Positions 10,093 through 20,048 are shown, numbered from the stretch's first letter. The stretch: 64,000 nt of DNA from an uncultured Candidatus Binatia bacterium (GCA_964291295.2 OZ219754.1:96001-160000); one strand, 5' to 3'. Program-made: numbers and translations. Notes: a model not told the origin generated them from the sequence alone.

Positions 10093-11550
10093 CTACGGAA
10101 TACTCGCCCGCCAGTCGGGCAAGCGCGGGTGCGGGCGGCGGAACCCGTGGATGATATCGCTGTGGGCGAGGTCGTCATACCGGAACGAAGGCGGGTCCGA
10201 GTTGATCCGGGAGTGATACCGCATCAGTGTCAGATACCGTTTGACCAACTCGGGCAGCAGGAAGTTTCGGCGCACGTGCTCCCGTCCCTGCCGGCCGAGA
10301 GCGGCCGCCGCCTCGCCGTCATCCAGCACCGTTGCCATGTGCGAAGCGATGGCATCCACGTCCAGCGGCTCCACCAGGTAACCTGTCACGCCGTCGACGA
10401 TCTGCCGCTTGATGCCGCCCACCCGGGAACCGATCACCGGCGTCCCGTGCCAGAGTGCTTCTGTCACGACCAGCCCGAACCCTTCCCGGGTGGACACATG
10501 CACGAAGCCCCGCGCGATGCGCATCAGGGCGCCCACCACCCGGTCGTTGTCCTCGACGTTGACCCAGAACCGCACATCCGGGTGGCCGTCCGCCTGCCGC
10601 TTCAGGTCGTTCAGCACCCCCTCGCCCTCGGGGTCGTCGGACGCGGTGTTCCCGATGAAGAGGAGGCAGGGCTTCGGGTCCCGGCGCCGCCCCTCGCAAA
10701 GGCGCTGGAAGGCCTTCAGTATCGTGCCCTGGTTCTTGTGAACGTCGTAACGGGAAATGGCCGCGAGCAGGGGCCGTTCGGGGTCCACGCCGTGGGCCTG
10801 GAACAGGGGTTGCAGAATGTCCAGGGCTTCCGTCCGGGTATGGTGCCGGTTCTTCTCCGCCAGGGGGTCGATGCAGGGCATGATCTCGTACACCGGAATC
10901 TTGAGCCCCGGGCCCACGAACTCGTGCATGGTGAAGACGGCGCCGTCACAGTGGTTGACGTAGGGCAACAGGAAGCGCCAGACGGTCCGGTCGGGAGCCG
11001 AGGTATCGATGTGGCAGCGCCAGATGACGTTGCCGAGAATCGGCGCGTTCATGATCATGGCCGCCGGCTGCGGATCGTGGATGACGGTGAGATCCGACGC
11101 GATGAAGGTATTGCAGGCGTTCTCGTCGATGGTGTCGAGGTAGGCGCCGAAGATCTCCTCCAGGGAGATGGGCGGCCCCGCTCCCTGCAGCAGGTTGTGA
11201 AACTTCTTGGTGACCTGGAAGAACTCACGGTTGCCGCGAATGGTGCACCACCGGGCATCGACACCCAGCAGCCGGGCCAGGGGAACGGCGCTGCGAAGCA
11301 TCTCGGCCACTCCGCCGCCCACGGCCGTGGAGTTGACGTTCACCCAGCCGTGCCCTGTCAACGGCTCCGCAAGACGCCTGAGCTCGTCCAGCCCGGCCCT
11401 GCCGATGACCGCCTCATAGTCGGCGAGGCCGAAGGCTTGCTCCGGCCGATGTTCCTCCAGGCCGGCAACGGTCTCGTCCCTGTGGGCTTCGGGCGGCGGT
11501 GGGGGCGCGGGGAACCCCGGAGCGCCGGTGGTTTCGTTCAAGAACGTCAA
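10093..11550 (-). CDS. GT4 glycosyltransferase, trehalose synthase (TreT)-like
   Basis: NVNSTAVGGGVAEML, FFQVTKKFHNLLQG, IHDPQP, IWRCHID, EGFGLVVTEALW, VGGIKRQI; likely TTG start 11550 after GGAGG (ATG 11598 is an alternative). Confidence 0.82.
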   Translation of the reverse strand: MTFLNETTGAPGFPAPPPPPEAHRDETVAGLEEHRPEQAFGLADYEAVIGRAGLDELRRLAEPLTGHGWVNVNSTAVGGGVAEMLRSAVPLARLLGVDARWCTIRGNREFFQVTKKFHNLLQGAGPPISLEEIFGAYLDTIDENACNTFIASDLTVIHDPQPAAMIMNAPILGNVIWRCHIDTSAPDRTVWRFLLPYVNHCDGAVFTMHEFVGPGLKIPVYEIMPCIDPLAEKNRHHTRTEALDILQPLFQAHGVDPERPLLAAISRYDVHKNQGTILKAFQRLCEGRRRDPKPCLLFIGNTASDDPEGEGVLNDLKRQADGHPDVRFWVNVEDNDRVVGALMRIARGFVHVSTREGFGLVVTEALWHGTPVIGSRVGGIKRQIVDGVTGYLVEPLDVDAIASHMATVLDDGEAAAALGRQGREHVRRNFLLPELVKRYLTLMRYHSRINSDPPSFRYDDLAHSDIIHGFRRPHPRLPDWRASIP

Positions 11551-11650
11551 GGCCTGCCCTCCTGTGCCATGAGAATGGGCAACGATTTGCCCGACCATTA
11601 AAAGAGTTACGGACGAATGTCAACCGCCGTGGCGGGAACGAAAAGAGTTC

Positions 11651-11679
11651 TTGCCAGAGGGCCGGGGTTGAAGTATCCT
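11651..11679 (+). promoter_or_regulatory. Putative sigma70 promoter for the DUF502 gene
   Basis: TTGCCA-N17-TATCCT about 33 nt upstream of ATG 11713. Confidence 0.45.
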
Positions 11680-11712
11680 CTCACCACTTCGTTCACTCGA
11701 CCGACTCCCAGC

Positions 11713-12390
11713 ATGCATGCCAGAAAGCCCCATTTTCTGCGAAATACGATGATCACCGGGATCCTGATCCTGATCCCGCTGTTCGTCACCTACATCCTCA
11801 TCGCGTTCCTGTTCAACCTGCTGGGTAACGCGGGCGCGCCGATCATCCGCGGCTTCCTGGCCTTCCTCGACCTGGGCGAGATTCGTTGGTTGACGCCACT
11901 GGTTCCGTTCATCAACCTGGTCATCGTCCTGTCGCTGATCTTCTTCATCGGGCTGGTGGGCACCAACATCGTCGGCCGGCGCATCCTGGCGACGCTCAAC
12001 CAGGTGGTCATGCGTCTCCCTCTGGTGAGCACCGTCTACGGCGCGGTCAAGCAGGTGGTGGAGACCCTCCAGGGTCCTCACCGCAGCTTCCAGCGGGTGG
12101 TGCTGCTGGAGTATCCCAAACAGGGGGTGTGGATGATGGGGCTCGTGGCCACCCGCAGAACCGACACCTTCAACGTCTCCCCCGCCGAGACCCTGCTGGC
12201 CGTCTTCGTGCCGACGACGCCGAACCCCACCTCCGGCTTTCTCGTACTGGTGCCCGAGGAAGAGGTTGTCGAAACCGACTACACCGTCGAGGAAGCCTTC
12301 AAGTTCATCGTCTCGTCCGGCATCGTCGGCAGAGAGTTTGCGCCGCCGGAACGGGTGCCCGAGCGGGTAACGGAGGCCGTTCCGGAATAG
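11713..12390 (+). CDS. DUF502 membrane protein
   Basis: Two TM helices, PLVSTVYGAVKQ, VFVPTTPNPTSGFL, EEAFKFIVSSG. Confidence 0.88.
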   Translation: MHARKPHFLRNTMITGILILIPLFVTYILIAFLFNLLGNAGAPIIRGFLAFLDLGEIRWLTPLVPFINLVIVLSLIFFIGLVGTNIVGRRILATLNQVVMRLPLVSTVYGAVKQVVETLQGPHRSFQRVVLLEYPKQGVWMMGLVATRRTDTFNVSPAETLLAVFVPTTPNPTSGFLVLVPEEEVVETDYTVEEAFKFIVSSGIVGREFAPPERVPERVTEAVPE

Positions 12391-12405
12391 CGCCGGGAGC
12401 TCTCC

Positions 12406-13893
12406 TCACGCCGGCATCCCGGCGGAAGGTTCGTTGGGTGGCGGCGCGGGCTCCGGGGTCCCACCGGGGTCGGCGAAGCGGTCGTTGAGGGTCTGCACGT
12501 AGCCGTTGGCTTCGGTGATGACCTGAGAGAGTTGCCGACGGGTGCTCTGGCTCCAGCCGTACGGGCGGACGGTGAAGGTGGCCCGGAACAGGCGGGTGCT
12601 CTTGCGGAAACCGGCGGCAAGAGCATCCAGCACCGTCCCGTCGCGGCCGCTGTCCAGTTCCGCTCCGAGCCGCTTGAGCAGGCGGCGGGTGACAAGCCGC
12701 CGGAAGGTATGATGGATATAGCCGGCGGCCCCGGCCACCACCGCCAGCGCCGCCCAGGCCCACCCTGATTCGGTCCACAGAGCGGTCCAGAAGGGATGCG
12801 AGAACCGCAGGCCGTTCCATTCTCCGGTCCACAGGGTCCAGATCAGGGCGATGACGACAAGCCCCGCGAAGGCGATGCCGTCCAGCCAGCGGACCCGCCG
12901 CCGCCATTCCGTGATCATCGCCTGCAGGCGCGGCACCAGACGCAACTCGATATCACGGGCGCCCTGCTCGAGCACTCCCATGACGCGGTAGGCCCGGTCC
13001 ACCTCCACCTGCCGGATGCGCCGGTGGATCTCGACCAGGTCGACGTCGCGCTTCTGCTCGAAGCGCGCGCGCAGCCCCTCGTCCTCGATGGAGATGGCCG
13101 CGCCGGGACTGTAGATGCAATAGAACCGCCCCGCGGTAAGCCCCTTCTGCGCCAGCGCCCGCTGCCACGAGCCCACGATGTCCTCCGGGTTGTTCTCGCG
13201 GGCCGTGTGGTCCATCTGGTTCAGCACATACAGGAACTTGCTCGAATCGGTCCGGTGAATCGTCTCCGCCACCAGGTGCTGGAGGGTGTCCTGCATGGTG
13301 CCGGGTTCCGGATGCCTGGCGTCGAAGAACACCAGCACGAGATCCGCAAGGTCCATGATGTGGTCGGTGACGCGCAAGGTTTCCGTCCGCTGCTGGTCGG
13401 CGTCGAACCCCGGCGAGTCGATGATGATCTTGCCCCGAAGCACCTCGCTCGGGCAGGTCTTGAGCTGGAGATAGGCATCGATACGGCTTCCTTCGCCCGC
13501 GCTGGTCTCCTCGATGGCCCGGCTCATCTTGTAGAACGGAAACCGGGGGTCGGCGTCCAGCGCCACCCCCGGCAGCACCCGGACACCTTCCTCCCTGCCG
13601 AAGCACAGCACCGTAAACCGGTCGTCCACCGCCTGGTTGCCGGTGGGCTGCACCGGCTGGGCCAGGAAATCGTTGATGAACGTCGACTTGCCGGACGAGT
13701 AGGTGCCCAGGACGGCCACCAGCGGCCACCACGGAATGCGCGTGGCATGGGACTCGTCGGGGCCAAGAAACCCCAACCGGCGCGAGATGGCGTCGAGCTT
13801 GCGGAAACTCCGAACCGCGCTCAGAAGAATCGGGTTCTCCGTGCGCAGGTGATTCTCCAGGCTTTCCAGCCTCGCTTCCAGTTCAGCCGGCAC
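12406..13893 (-). CDS. Dynamin-superfamily (EHD-like) P-loop NTPase with C-terminal TM hairpin
   Basis: GTYSSGKSTFIN, VDDRFTVL, IIDSPGFD, LVLVFFD, LNQMD; two hydrophobic helices near the C-terminus. Confidence 0.78.
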   Translation of the reverse strand: MPAELEARLESLENHLRTENPILLSAVRSFRKLDAISRRLGFLGPDESHATRIPWWPLVAVLGTYSSGKSTFINDFLAQPVQPTGNQAVDDRFTVLCFGREEGVRVLPGVALDADPRFPFYKMSRAIEETSAGEGSRIDAYLQLKTCPSEVLRGKIIIDSPGFDADQQRTETLRVTDHIMDLADLVLVFFDARHPEPGTMQDTLQHLVAETIHRTDSSKFLYVLNQMDHTARENNPEDIVGSWQRALAQKGLTAGRFYCIYSPGAAISIEDEGLRARFEQKRDVDLVEIHRRIRQVEVDRAYRVMGVLEQGARDIELRLVPRLQAMITEWRRRVRWLDGIAFAGLVVIALIWTLWTGEWNGLRFSHPFWTALWTESGWAWAALAVVAGAAGYIHHTFRRLVTRRLLKRLGAELDSGRDGTVLDALAAGFRKSTRLFRATFTVRPYGWSQSTRRQLSQVITEANGYVQTLNDRFADPGGTPEPAPPPNEPSAGMPA

Positions 13894-13911
13894 GGCCCCC
13901 CCTTCGTTCGT

Positions 13912-14928
13912 CTACGCGTCCGGGCCGCCGACCGCCGCGCCGGCGGTCGCCAGCCGCTGCAACGCGCGCGCGACATAAACGCGGGTCATGCGCTTTCGAT
14001 ACCAGTAATCCATGTCCGCATTGTCCAGCGGATGGGATACGCGCATGGCCCGTTCCGCAGCTTCGGCGATGGCGGCACCGTCCAACGGCTTGCCGCACAG
14101 AACTTCGGGCGCGGCTTCCACCACCTTGGGCGCGGAAGCCACCGCGGTCAGCACGATCCTGGCCTGCGCGCAGATCCCCGAACCATCGACCCGCAGGGCC
14201 GCCGCCACGCCCAGCACGGGGAAGTCGAAGGAGCCTCTGCGACGCAGCTTGAGGTAGACGTTGCGCCATCCGAACGACTCCTCCGGGATCCACACCCCCT
14301 GCAACAACTCGTCCGGCTGCTTGGCCAGATAGTGGATGCCGTCGTCCCGGTACAGGCTGCCCAGCAGCACCTGGCGGCGGCCTCCGGCGCCCACGAGAAC
14401 GGCCTCGGCGCCGAGACTGCCGAGCACCGGCGCGGTGTCCGAGGAGCAGATGGCGAGGCAGACGCGGCTCCCCGGCGCCACCAGACAGATGTCTCCGTCC
14501 TTCTTCAGGCAGAAACCCACGGCCTGACGCCAGAAGAACGACTGGTCATAGTAGTTGCAGCGCGTGTCCACGAACAGATTGCCGCCGATGGTGCCGGCGT
14601 TGCGCAGCTGAAGCGTCGAGACCAGGCCGGCCGCGTCCGCCAGCGCCGGAAAGGCGCGGCGCACCGTCGCATGGCCGGACACCGCGCTCAAGGTTTCCCC
14701 GGCGCCGACCCACAGCCCGCGCCCCTCTTCCCGGCGGATGCCCCGATGTTCTTCCACCCGGCTCAGCGAAACCAGGTAGCGCGGCGTGAACTGCCCCCGC
14801 TTCATCTTGGGATAGACGTCGGTACCGGCGGCCACGGCCATGGCCGCCGGCCCCAGCTCCCTCAGCGCACGCGACGCCTCCGCCAGGGTCCGGGGCCTGA
14901 TATAGGTGAAGTCGGGAAGTCGCAGCAC
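13912..14928 (-). CDS. hcrB: 4-hydroxybenzoyl-CoA reductase beta (FAD, 4Fe-4S) subunit-like
   Basis: AAGTDVYP, QLRNAGTIGGNL, and the four-Cys insertion RCNYYDQS...FCLKKDGDICLVAPGSRVC typical of HcrB. Confidence 0.85.
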   Translation of the reverse strand: MLRLPDFTYIRPRTLAEASRALRELGPAAMAVAAGTDVYPKMKRGQFTPRYLVSLSRVEEHRGIRREEGRGLWVGAGETLSAVSGHATVRRAFPALADAAGLVSTLQLRNAGTIGGNLFVDTRCNYYDQSFFWRQAVGFCLKKDGDICLVAPGSRVCLAICSSDTAPVLGSLGAEAVLVGAGGRRQVLLGSLYRDDGIHYLAKQPDELLQGVWIPEESFGWRNVYLKLRRRGSFDFPVLGVAAALRVDGSGICAQARIVLTAVASAPKVVEAAPEVLCGKPLDGAAIAEAAERAMRVSHPLDNADMDYWYRKRMTRVYVARALQRLATAGAAVGGPDA

Positions 14929-14932
14929 GGCA

Positions 14933-17326
14933 TCAACTCTTCTGCGGCACCTCGACGCCCTGCCCCGGGGCCCAGCGAATGGGCGCGGGGAACGCGAAGT
15001 CGGGCACCGTGGGGGCCTTGAGCCGGTGGTCCAGGGCCCGCAGGATCTTGTCCGGGGTCACGGGTATCTCATGCAGGCGCACCCCCACGGCGTCATGAAC
15101 GGCATTGGCCACGGCCGGGATCACCGGCAGCAACGGACCCTGGCCCGCCTCCTTGGCGCCGAAGGGACCCTCGGGATCGTCGGTCTCCACCAGGATGGTC
15201 TCGATGGGCGGCGTTTCCAGCGTTGTCGGGCTTTTGTATTCGAGGATCGATGGAATCTTGTGCACACCGGATTTCCGGAACACCTGCTCCTCCATCAGCA
15301 CCTCGCCCAGGGCCATGTAGACGCTGCCCTCCACCTGTCCCTGCACCCACAGCGGGTTGAAGGCGCGGCCGCAGTCGTGGGCGATCCACACCTTGTCGAT
15401 GTGGAGCGCGCCGGTGGCACTGTCGCAGTGGAGCTCCACGACCGCGGCGGAGTAGCTGTAGGCCGGGGTGGGGCCGACCCCCGCCCCCTTGTAGTCGCCC
15501 GGATGGCGGGGCGGCCGGTAGCTGCCGGTGGCGCCCAGCGTGCCGAACCGGCTCTCCGTCCGCTCGACGCATTCGGCAAAACCCAGCGCCCGGTCGGGCA
15601 GGCTGCGGCTCCGCACCCGGCCCTCCGCCATCTCCAGGTCGTCGGCGGGCACCTCCAGGAGTTCGGCGGCGACCTGGAACAGGCGCTCCCTGAGGTTGCC
15701 GCAGGCCTGGATGGCGGCGTTGCCGGTCATCACCGTGACCCGGCTGGAATAGCTTCCCAGGTCCACCGGTGTGAGGTCGGTATCGGCGGTCACCACCCGC
15801 ACGTCCGCCGGCTGAAGCCCCAACTCTTCCGCCACCGCAAAGGCCAGGACGGAATCGGAGCCCTGGCCGATCTCCGTGGAGCCGCAGAAGACGGTGACGC
15901 CGCCGCCCCGGTCGGCGCGGAGCTGGACCCCCGAGTGGGGCATGTCGTTCCAGTAGATGGGCAGGCCGGCGCCGCTGATGTAGGAGCTGGCGGCGAAGCC
16001 GACGCCGTGTCCCCAGGGCAGCGAACGATGCTTCGCCTTCCAGCCTGAGCGCTCGGCCACCTTCTCGATGCACTCCCGCAGCCCGATGGTGCTGACCCGC
16101 AGGCCGTTCACCGTAACGGTGCCGGGCTCCACCACCTGCTTGAGCCGCAACTCCACCGGATCCATGCCCAGCTTCTCCGCGATCTCGTCGAGCTGCACCT
16201 CCATGGCGAACCGGGGCTGGGGCGTGCCGTGGCCGCGCTTGGGGCCGCAGGGCGGCTTGTTGGTGAACACCCGCGCGCCTTCGAACTTGTAGGCCGGCAG
16301 ACGGTAGGTCACGGTCTGCAACGCCCCGGTGTAGTAGACCGTGGCCAGTCCGTAGCTGCTGTAGCCGCCGCCGTCGAGAAAAGACCGGAACCACATGGCC
16401 TTGAGCGTGCCGTCACGCTTGACCCCGGTCCGCATCCACATCTTCACCGGGTGGCGCCCCCGGTGGACATAGAAAGACTCTTCCCGGCTGAGCGTGATCT
16501 TCACCGGTCGGCCGGTGATCATGGCCAGCCTGGCCACCGCGATCTCGTGGGAGAACGGGTCGCTCTTGCCGCCGAAGCCGCCGCCCACCGGCGTGGCGAC
16601 GACCCGGATGCGGCCCATGGGCAGGTCCAGAACCCGGGAAAGGGCCCGGTGCACGTAATGGGGCGTCTGGGTCGAAGACCATAGCGTCAGCTTGCCGTCC
16701 GGGGTGAAGGTCGCCAGCGCGCAGTACTGTTCCATCGGCAAGTGGGTGTTGCCCTGGAAGAAATACGTGCCCTCGACGATCTCGTCCGCCTCCTCGAAAC
16801 CGGCGTCGACGTCGCCGAACTCGAAGGAGACCGCCTTCTGGACGTTGGCTTGCCGGTTCCAGGTGTGGATGCGGCGGTCTGCCGCCCGGAGGGCCTCTTC
16901 GATGGAAAGAACGGGGTCGAGCACCTCGTAGTCGACATCGATGAGGCGCAACGCCTCCTCCGCCGCGTCCTCGCTGGCGGCGGCCACGGCCGCCACCGGG
17001 TCGCCGACGTAGCGGACCTTGTCCACCGCCAGCGCCTCCTCATCCTGGGTCGACGGCATGATGCCGAACTTCGTGGGCACGTCCTCGCCGGTGATGACCG
17101 CGTGGACTCCGGGCAGTTCTCGTGCCCGCCGCACCGACACGCCGTGAATCAGCGCATGCGGATGCGGGCTGCGCAACAGCCGGGAGAAGAGCATGCGCGG
17201 CATCGCCAGGTCGTCCGCATAACGTGTGCCGCCCGCACACTTGGCCGGCCCGTCGATGCGCGGCAACGGCTTGCCGATGACGGAGAAACCCTTCTTCTTC
17301 ATGGCCTTCCCGCTCACCCTTGCCAT
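14933..17326 (-). CDS. hcrA: 4-hydroxybenzoyl-CoA reductase alpha (molybdopterin) subunit-like
   Basis: Xanthine oxidase family motifs LRSPHPHA, STQTPH, GGGFGGK, RGHGTPQ, IGQGSD, GSYSSR, GQVEG, GPFGAKEAGQ; start 17326 or 17302. Confidence 0.85.
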   Translation of the reverse strand: MARVSGKAMKKKGFSVIGKPLPRIDGPAKCAGGTRYADDLAMPRMLFSRLLRSPHPHALIHGVSVRRARELPGVHAVITGEDVPTKFGIMPSTQDEEALAVDKVRYVGDPVAAVAAASEDAAEEALRLIDVDYEVLDPVLSIEEALRAADRRIHTWNRQANVQKAVSFEFGDVDAGFEEADEIVEGTYFFQGNTHLPMEQYCALATFTPDGKLTLWSSTQTPHYVHRALSRVLDLPMGRIRVVATPVGGGFGGKSDPFSHEIAVARLAMITGRPVKITLSREESFYVHRGRHPVKMWMRTGVKRDGTLKAMWFRSFLDGGGYSSYGLATVYYTGALQTVTYRLPAYKFEGARVFTNKPPCGPKRGHGTPQPRFAMEVQLDEIAEKLGMDPVELRLKQVVEPGTVTVNGLRVSTIGLRECIEKVAERSGWKAKHRSLPWGHGVGFAASSYISGAGLPIYWNDMPHSGVQLRADRGGGVTVFCGSTEIGQGSDSVLAFAVAEELGLQPADVRVVTADTDLTPVDLGSYSSRVTVMTGNAAIQACGNLRERLFQVAAELLEVPADDLEMAEGRVRSRSLPDRALGFAECVERTESRFGTLGATGSYRPPRHPGDYKGAGVGPTPAYSYSAAVVELHCDSATGALHIDKVWIAHDCGRAFNPLWVQGQVEGSVYMALGEVLMEEQVFRKSGVHKIPSILEYKSPTTLETPPIETILVETDDPEGPFGAKEAGQGPLLPVIPAVANAVHDAVGVRLHEIPVTPDKILRALDHRLKAPTVPDFAFPAPIRWAPGQGVEVPQKS

Positions 17327-17799
17327 CCGTCCGTTTCCTTGACCGCCCGCTCCACCGCCTCGATGATCTTGGTATAGCCGGTGCAGCGGCACAGATTGCC
17401 CGACAACGCCTCCTCGATGTCGGCGCGCGCCGGGTCGGGCCGCTTGTCCAGGAGCGCCTTGGCCGCCAGCAGGATGCCGGGAATGCAGTAGCCGCACTGG
17501 GCCGCGCCCAGGTCGGCGAACGCCCGCTGCAGGGGATGAGGCCGGCCCGCGCGGGCAAGGCCCTCCACCGTGGTGATCTCCGGCCCCTCGGCCTCCACCG
17601 CCAGCACGAGGCACGAATAGACGGGCTCCCCGCCCACGAGCACCGTGCAGGTGCCGCACTCCCCCAGCTCGCAGCCGTGCTTGGTGCCGGTGAGTCCCAT
17701 CTCCTCCCGCAGCACCTCCAGCAGGCTGTGGGTGACGTGGCCCGCCACCTCGCAAAGCTCGCCATTGACCCGCAGGCGCAACAGGCGCATTCCCGCCAT
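17314..17799 (-). CDS. hcrC: 2x[2Fe-2S] subunit (HcrC/CoxS family)
   Basis: GCELGECGTCTV...SC, QCGYCIPG, GNLCRCTGY. Confidence 0.88.
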   Translation of the reverse strand: MAGMRLLRLRVNGELCEVAGHVTHSLLEVLREEMGLTGTKHGCELGECGTCTVLVGGEPVYSCLVLAVEAEGPEITTVEGLARAGRPHPLQRAFADLGAAQCGYCIPGILLAAKALLDKRPDPARADIEEALSGNLCRCTGYTKIIEAVERAVKETDGWQG

Positions 17800-17825
17800 C
17801 GTCTCGATGCTGGAAGGATTGTCGC

Positions 17826-19076
17826 TCAATTCCGGAAGAACCTCCTGGCCTTGAGTTCGAAACGGGGCAGCGTCCCCGGCGCCACCACCTCCACCACCGG
17901 GCGGAGGTGCAGGCCGTGCCGAATGGATTCGGTCACGCCCTCCTGGAGCCCCGCCGCACCCGCCGCCGTGGCCGGCTCCACCGTGATCTTGAGTTCGGCC
18001 AGACCATCGCTCTCCCGCACCTCGACGCGGAACTCCTCGATCTCGGGAAACCGCCGCAGGACGCCTTCCACCGCGCTCGGGAAAACGTTGACGCCCCGCA
18101 CCACCCACATGTCATCGACGCGCCCGAGAACGCCCCCCTTCAACACCAGCGAGCCGCGCCCGCAGGCGCAGCGGCCGCGGCGGGGCTCCACCAGGTCGCC
18201 GGTGCGGTAGCGGATGACCGGGCTCCCCACCCGGCCCAGATTCGTCAGCACCAACTCGCCCCGACCGCCGTCCGGCACCGGCTCGCCCCTCTCCGGGTCC
18301 ACCACCTCGGCGACGAACTCATCCTCGTTGACATGCACGCCCCCCGCCGGCACCCCGCAGGCGAAGCCGAAGGCGCCCACCTCGGTGGCCCCGGTGTGGT
18401 CGAAGCAGCGGGCGCCCCACGCCTCCTCGATGCGCTGCTTCGTCGCGGCGATGCTGGCCCCGGGTTCCCCCGCGTGGACGGTGATGCGGACAGCGGAGTC
18501 CCGGGCCGGGTCCATGCCCGCCCGGCGCGCCTCCGCCGCCATGTGCAGGGCATACGTCGGGGTGCAGACCAACACGGTGGCGCCGTAGTCCAGCAGGCTC
18601 CTGAGCCGCTGCCGCGTGGTCTGCGCCGCGCCGGAAATGGCCAGCGCGCCGACCTTGCGGGCGCCTTCCCAACCGCTCCAGAAGCCCACGAACGGCCCGA
18701 AGGAAAACGGGAAGAAGATCCGGTCCCCGGCTTCGACCCCGGCCGCCTCCAGCACCGCCCTCCAGCACTCGCCCCACCAGTCCCAGGATGCCTCGGTGTC
18801 CAGCCAGTACATGGGCCGTCCGGTGGTGCCCGAGGTCTGATGCACGCGAATGTACCGCTCCAGCGGATACGTCAGGTCACTGCCGAAGGGTGGATGCCGG
18901 ATCTGATCGTCCACCAGCTCCTGCTTGGTGGTAAACGGCAGGCGGGACAGCGGTTCCCGTCCCCGCAGAGGCGGCACCGCGCACCCCGCGAGCTTGCGAC
19001 GATAGAACCCGTTGGTCCGGAGCACCTCGCCGAGCATGTCGTTGAGCCTGTCCAGCCGGGCGCGTTCCATGTCCAT
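17826..19076 (-). CDS. Phenylacetate-CoA ligase family (aryl-CoA ligase)
   Basis: LPFTTKQEL, HQTSGTTG, DHTGATE, IRYRTGD, GRVDDMWVVRGVNVFP. Confidence 0.85.
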   Translation of the reverse strand: MDMERARLDRLNDMLGEVLRTNGFYRRKLAGCAVPPLRGREPLSRLPFTTKQELVDDQIRHPPFGSDLTYPLERYIRVHQTSGTTGRPMYWLDTEASWDWWGECWRAVLEAAGVEAGDRIFFPFSFGPFVGFWSGWEGARKVGALAISGAAQTTRQRLRSLLDYGATVLVCTPTYALHMAAEARRAGMDPARDSAVRITVHAGEPGASIAATKQRIEEAWGARCFDHTGATEVGAFGFACGVPAGGVHVNEDEFVAEVVDPERGEPVPDGGRGELVLTNLGRVGSPVIRYRTGDLVEPRRGRCACGRGSLVLKGGVLGRVDDMWVVRGVNVFPSAVEGVLRRFPEIEEFRVEVRESDGLAELKITVEPATAAGAAGLQEGVTESIRHGLHLRPVVEVVAPGTLPRFELKARRFFRN

Positions 19077-19133
19077 TCAACCTTGACACGGAACGCCGGC
19101 GGGGCTCAAGCTTTCCCGCCACGGCGCGGCCGG

Positions 19134-20048
19134 TCAGCCCAGGCGCTGGCCGGGACGAATGCCGGCCGCGCCGGCGTATTCCGCGGCGGCCACCTTGTGC
19201 CGCCGGTCGTGGGGCCTCACCCGCTGCACCACCACGCTCGCACCGCCGGCGGCCACCGCCATGCCGGCGCCGGAAATATCCAGAACCTCTCCGTGGGTTC
19301 CCGTCCCGGTTCCCAACCGGCTGCCATACAGCTTCAACCTGTTCCCGCGGGCGGTGGTCCAGGCCCCGGGTTGAGGGTCGGTGCCGCAAATGAGGCGATG
19401 GACCTCTTCCGCCGGCCTGGACCAGTCGACTTCGGCATCCGCCTCGCGGCACCAGCCCTCGTAGGTGGCGCGGCCGTGGTCCTGGGCGATGCGCGGCGCC
19501 TTCCCGACGCGCACCAACTCCACCGCCTCCGCCATGGCATTGATGCCCATGGGAAAAAGCTTGTCGAAGTAGAGGCTGCCCACGGTATCGTCCCGGGCGA
19601 TGGCCACCTCCTTCTGCAACAGGATCGGGCCCTCGTCCAATCCTTCGTCGGGCCAGAAGATGGTAAGGCCGGTCTTGTCGTCCCCCATGATACGCGCCCA
19701 GTTGATGGAGCTGGGGCCGCGGTGCCGCGGCAGCAGCGACGGGTGATACTGGATGGTGCCCAGCCTCGGCGCATCCAGCACCCGTTGCGGCACCATCAGG
19801 GTGACGTAGGCCATGACGCACAGGTCGGCGTGAAAGGACTTCACGAACTCGAACGCCGGGTCCGTCTTCCAGGTCGTGGGCTGGTGCACCGGCAACCCCC
19901 GCTCCCGGGCCGCCTGCTTGAGCGGGTCCGGGGGCCGGCCCTCGCGGTCCGGCGGACAGAAGACCCCCGCCACCTCGTCCGGCACCGCCGCCAGCCGTTC
20001 CAGCACCGCCTTGCCGAACGCCTGCTGCCCGTGGATCAGAATCCGCAT
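19134..20048 (-). CDS. Formyltransferase family protein (Fmt / 10-formyl-THF hydrolase-like)
   Basis: YHPSLLPRHRGPSSINW, GLTIFWPDEGLDEGPILLQ, C-terminal Fmt domain (DPQPGAWT). Confidence 0.85.
   Translation of the reverse strand: MRILIHGQQAFGKAVLERLAAVPDEVAGVFCPPDREGRPPDPLKQAARERGLPVHQPTTWKTDPAFEFVKSFHADLCVMAYVTLMVPQRVLDAPRLGTIQYHPSLLPRHRGPSSINWARIMGDDKTGLTIFWPDEGLDEGPILLQKEVAIARDDTVGSLYFDKLFPMGINAMAEAVELVRVGKAPRIAQDHGRATYEGWCREADAEVDWSRPAEEVHRLICGTDPQPGAWTTARGNRLKLYGSRLGTGTGTHGEVLDISGAGMAVAAGGASVVVQRVRPHDRRHKVAAAEYAGAAGIRPGQRLG

Noticed and set aside
19134-20048. Calling this the housekeeping fmt
   Set aside because: It lacks the usual FMGTPxF start and def/rsmB context; motifs are closer to formyl-THF hydrolase-type paralogues
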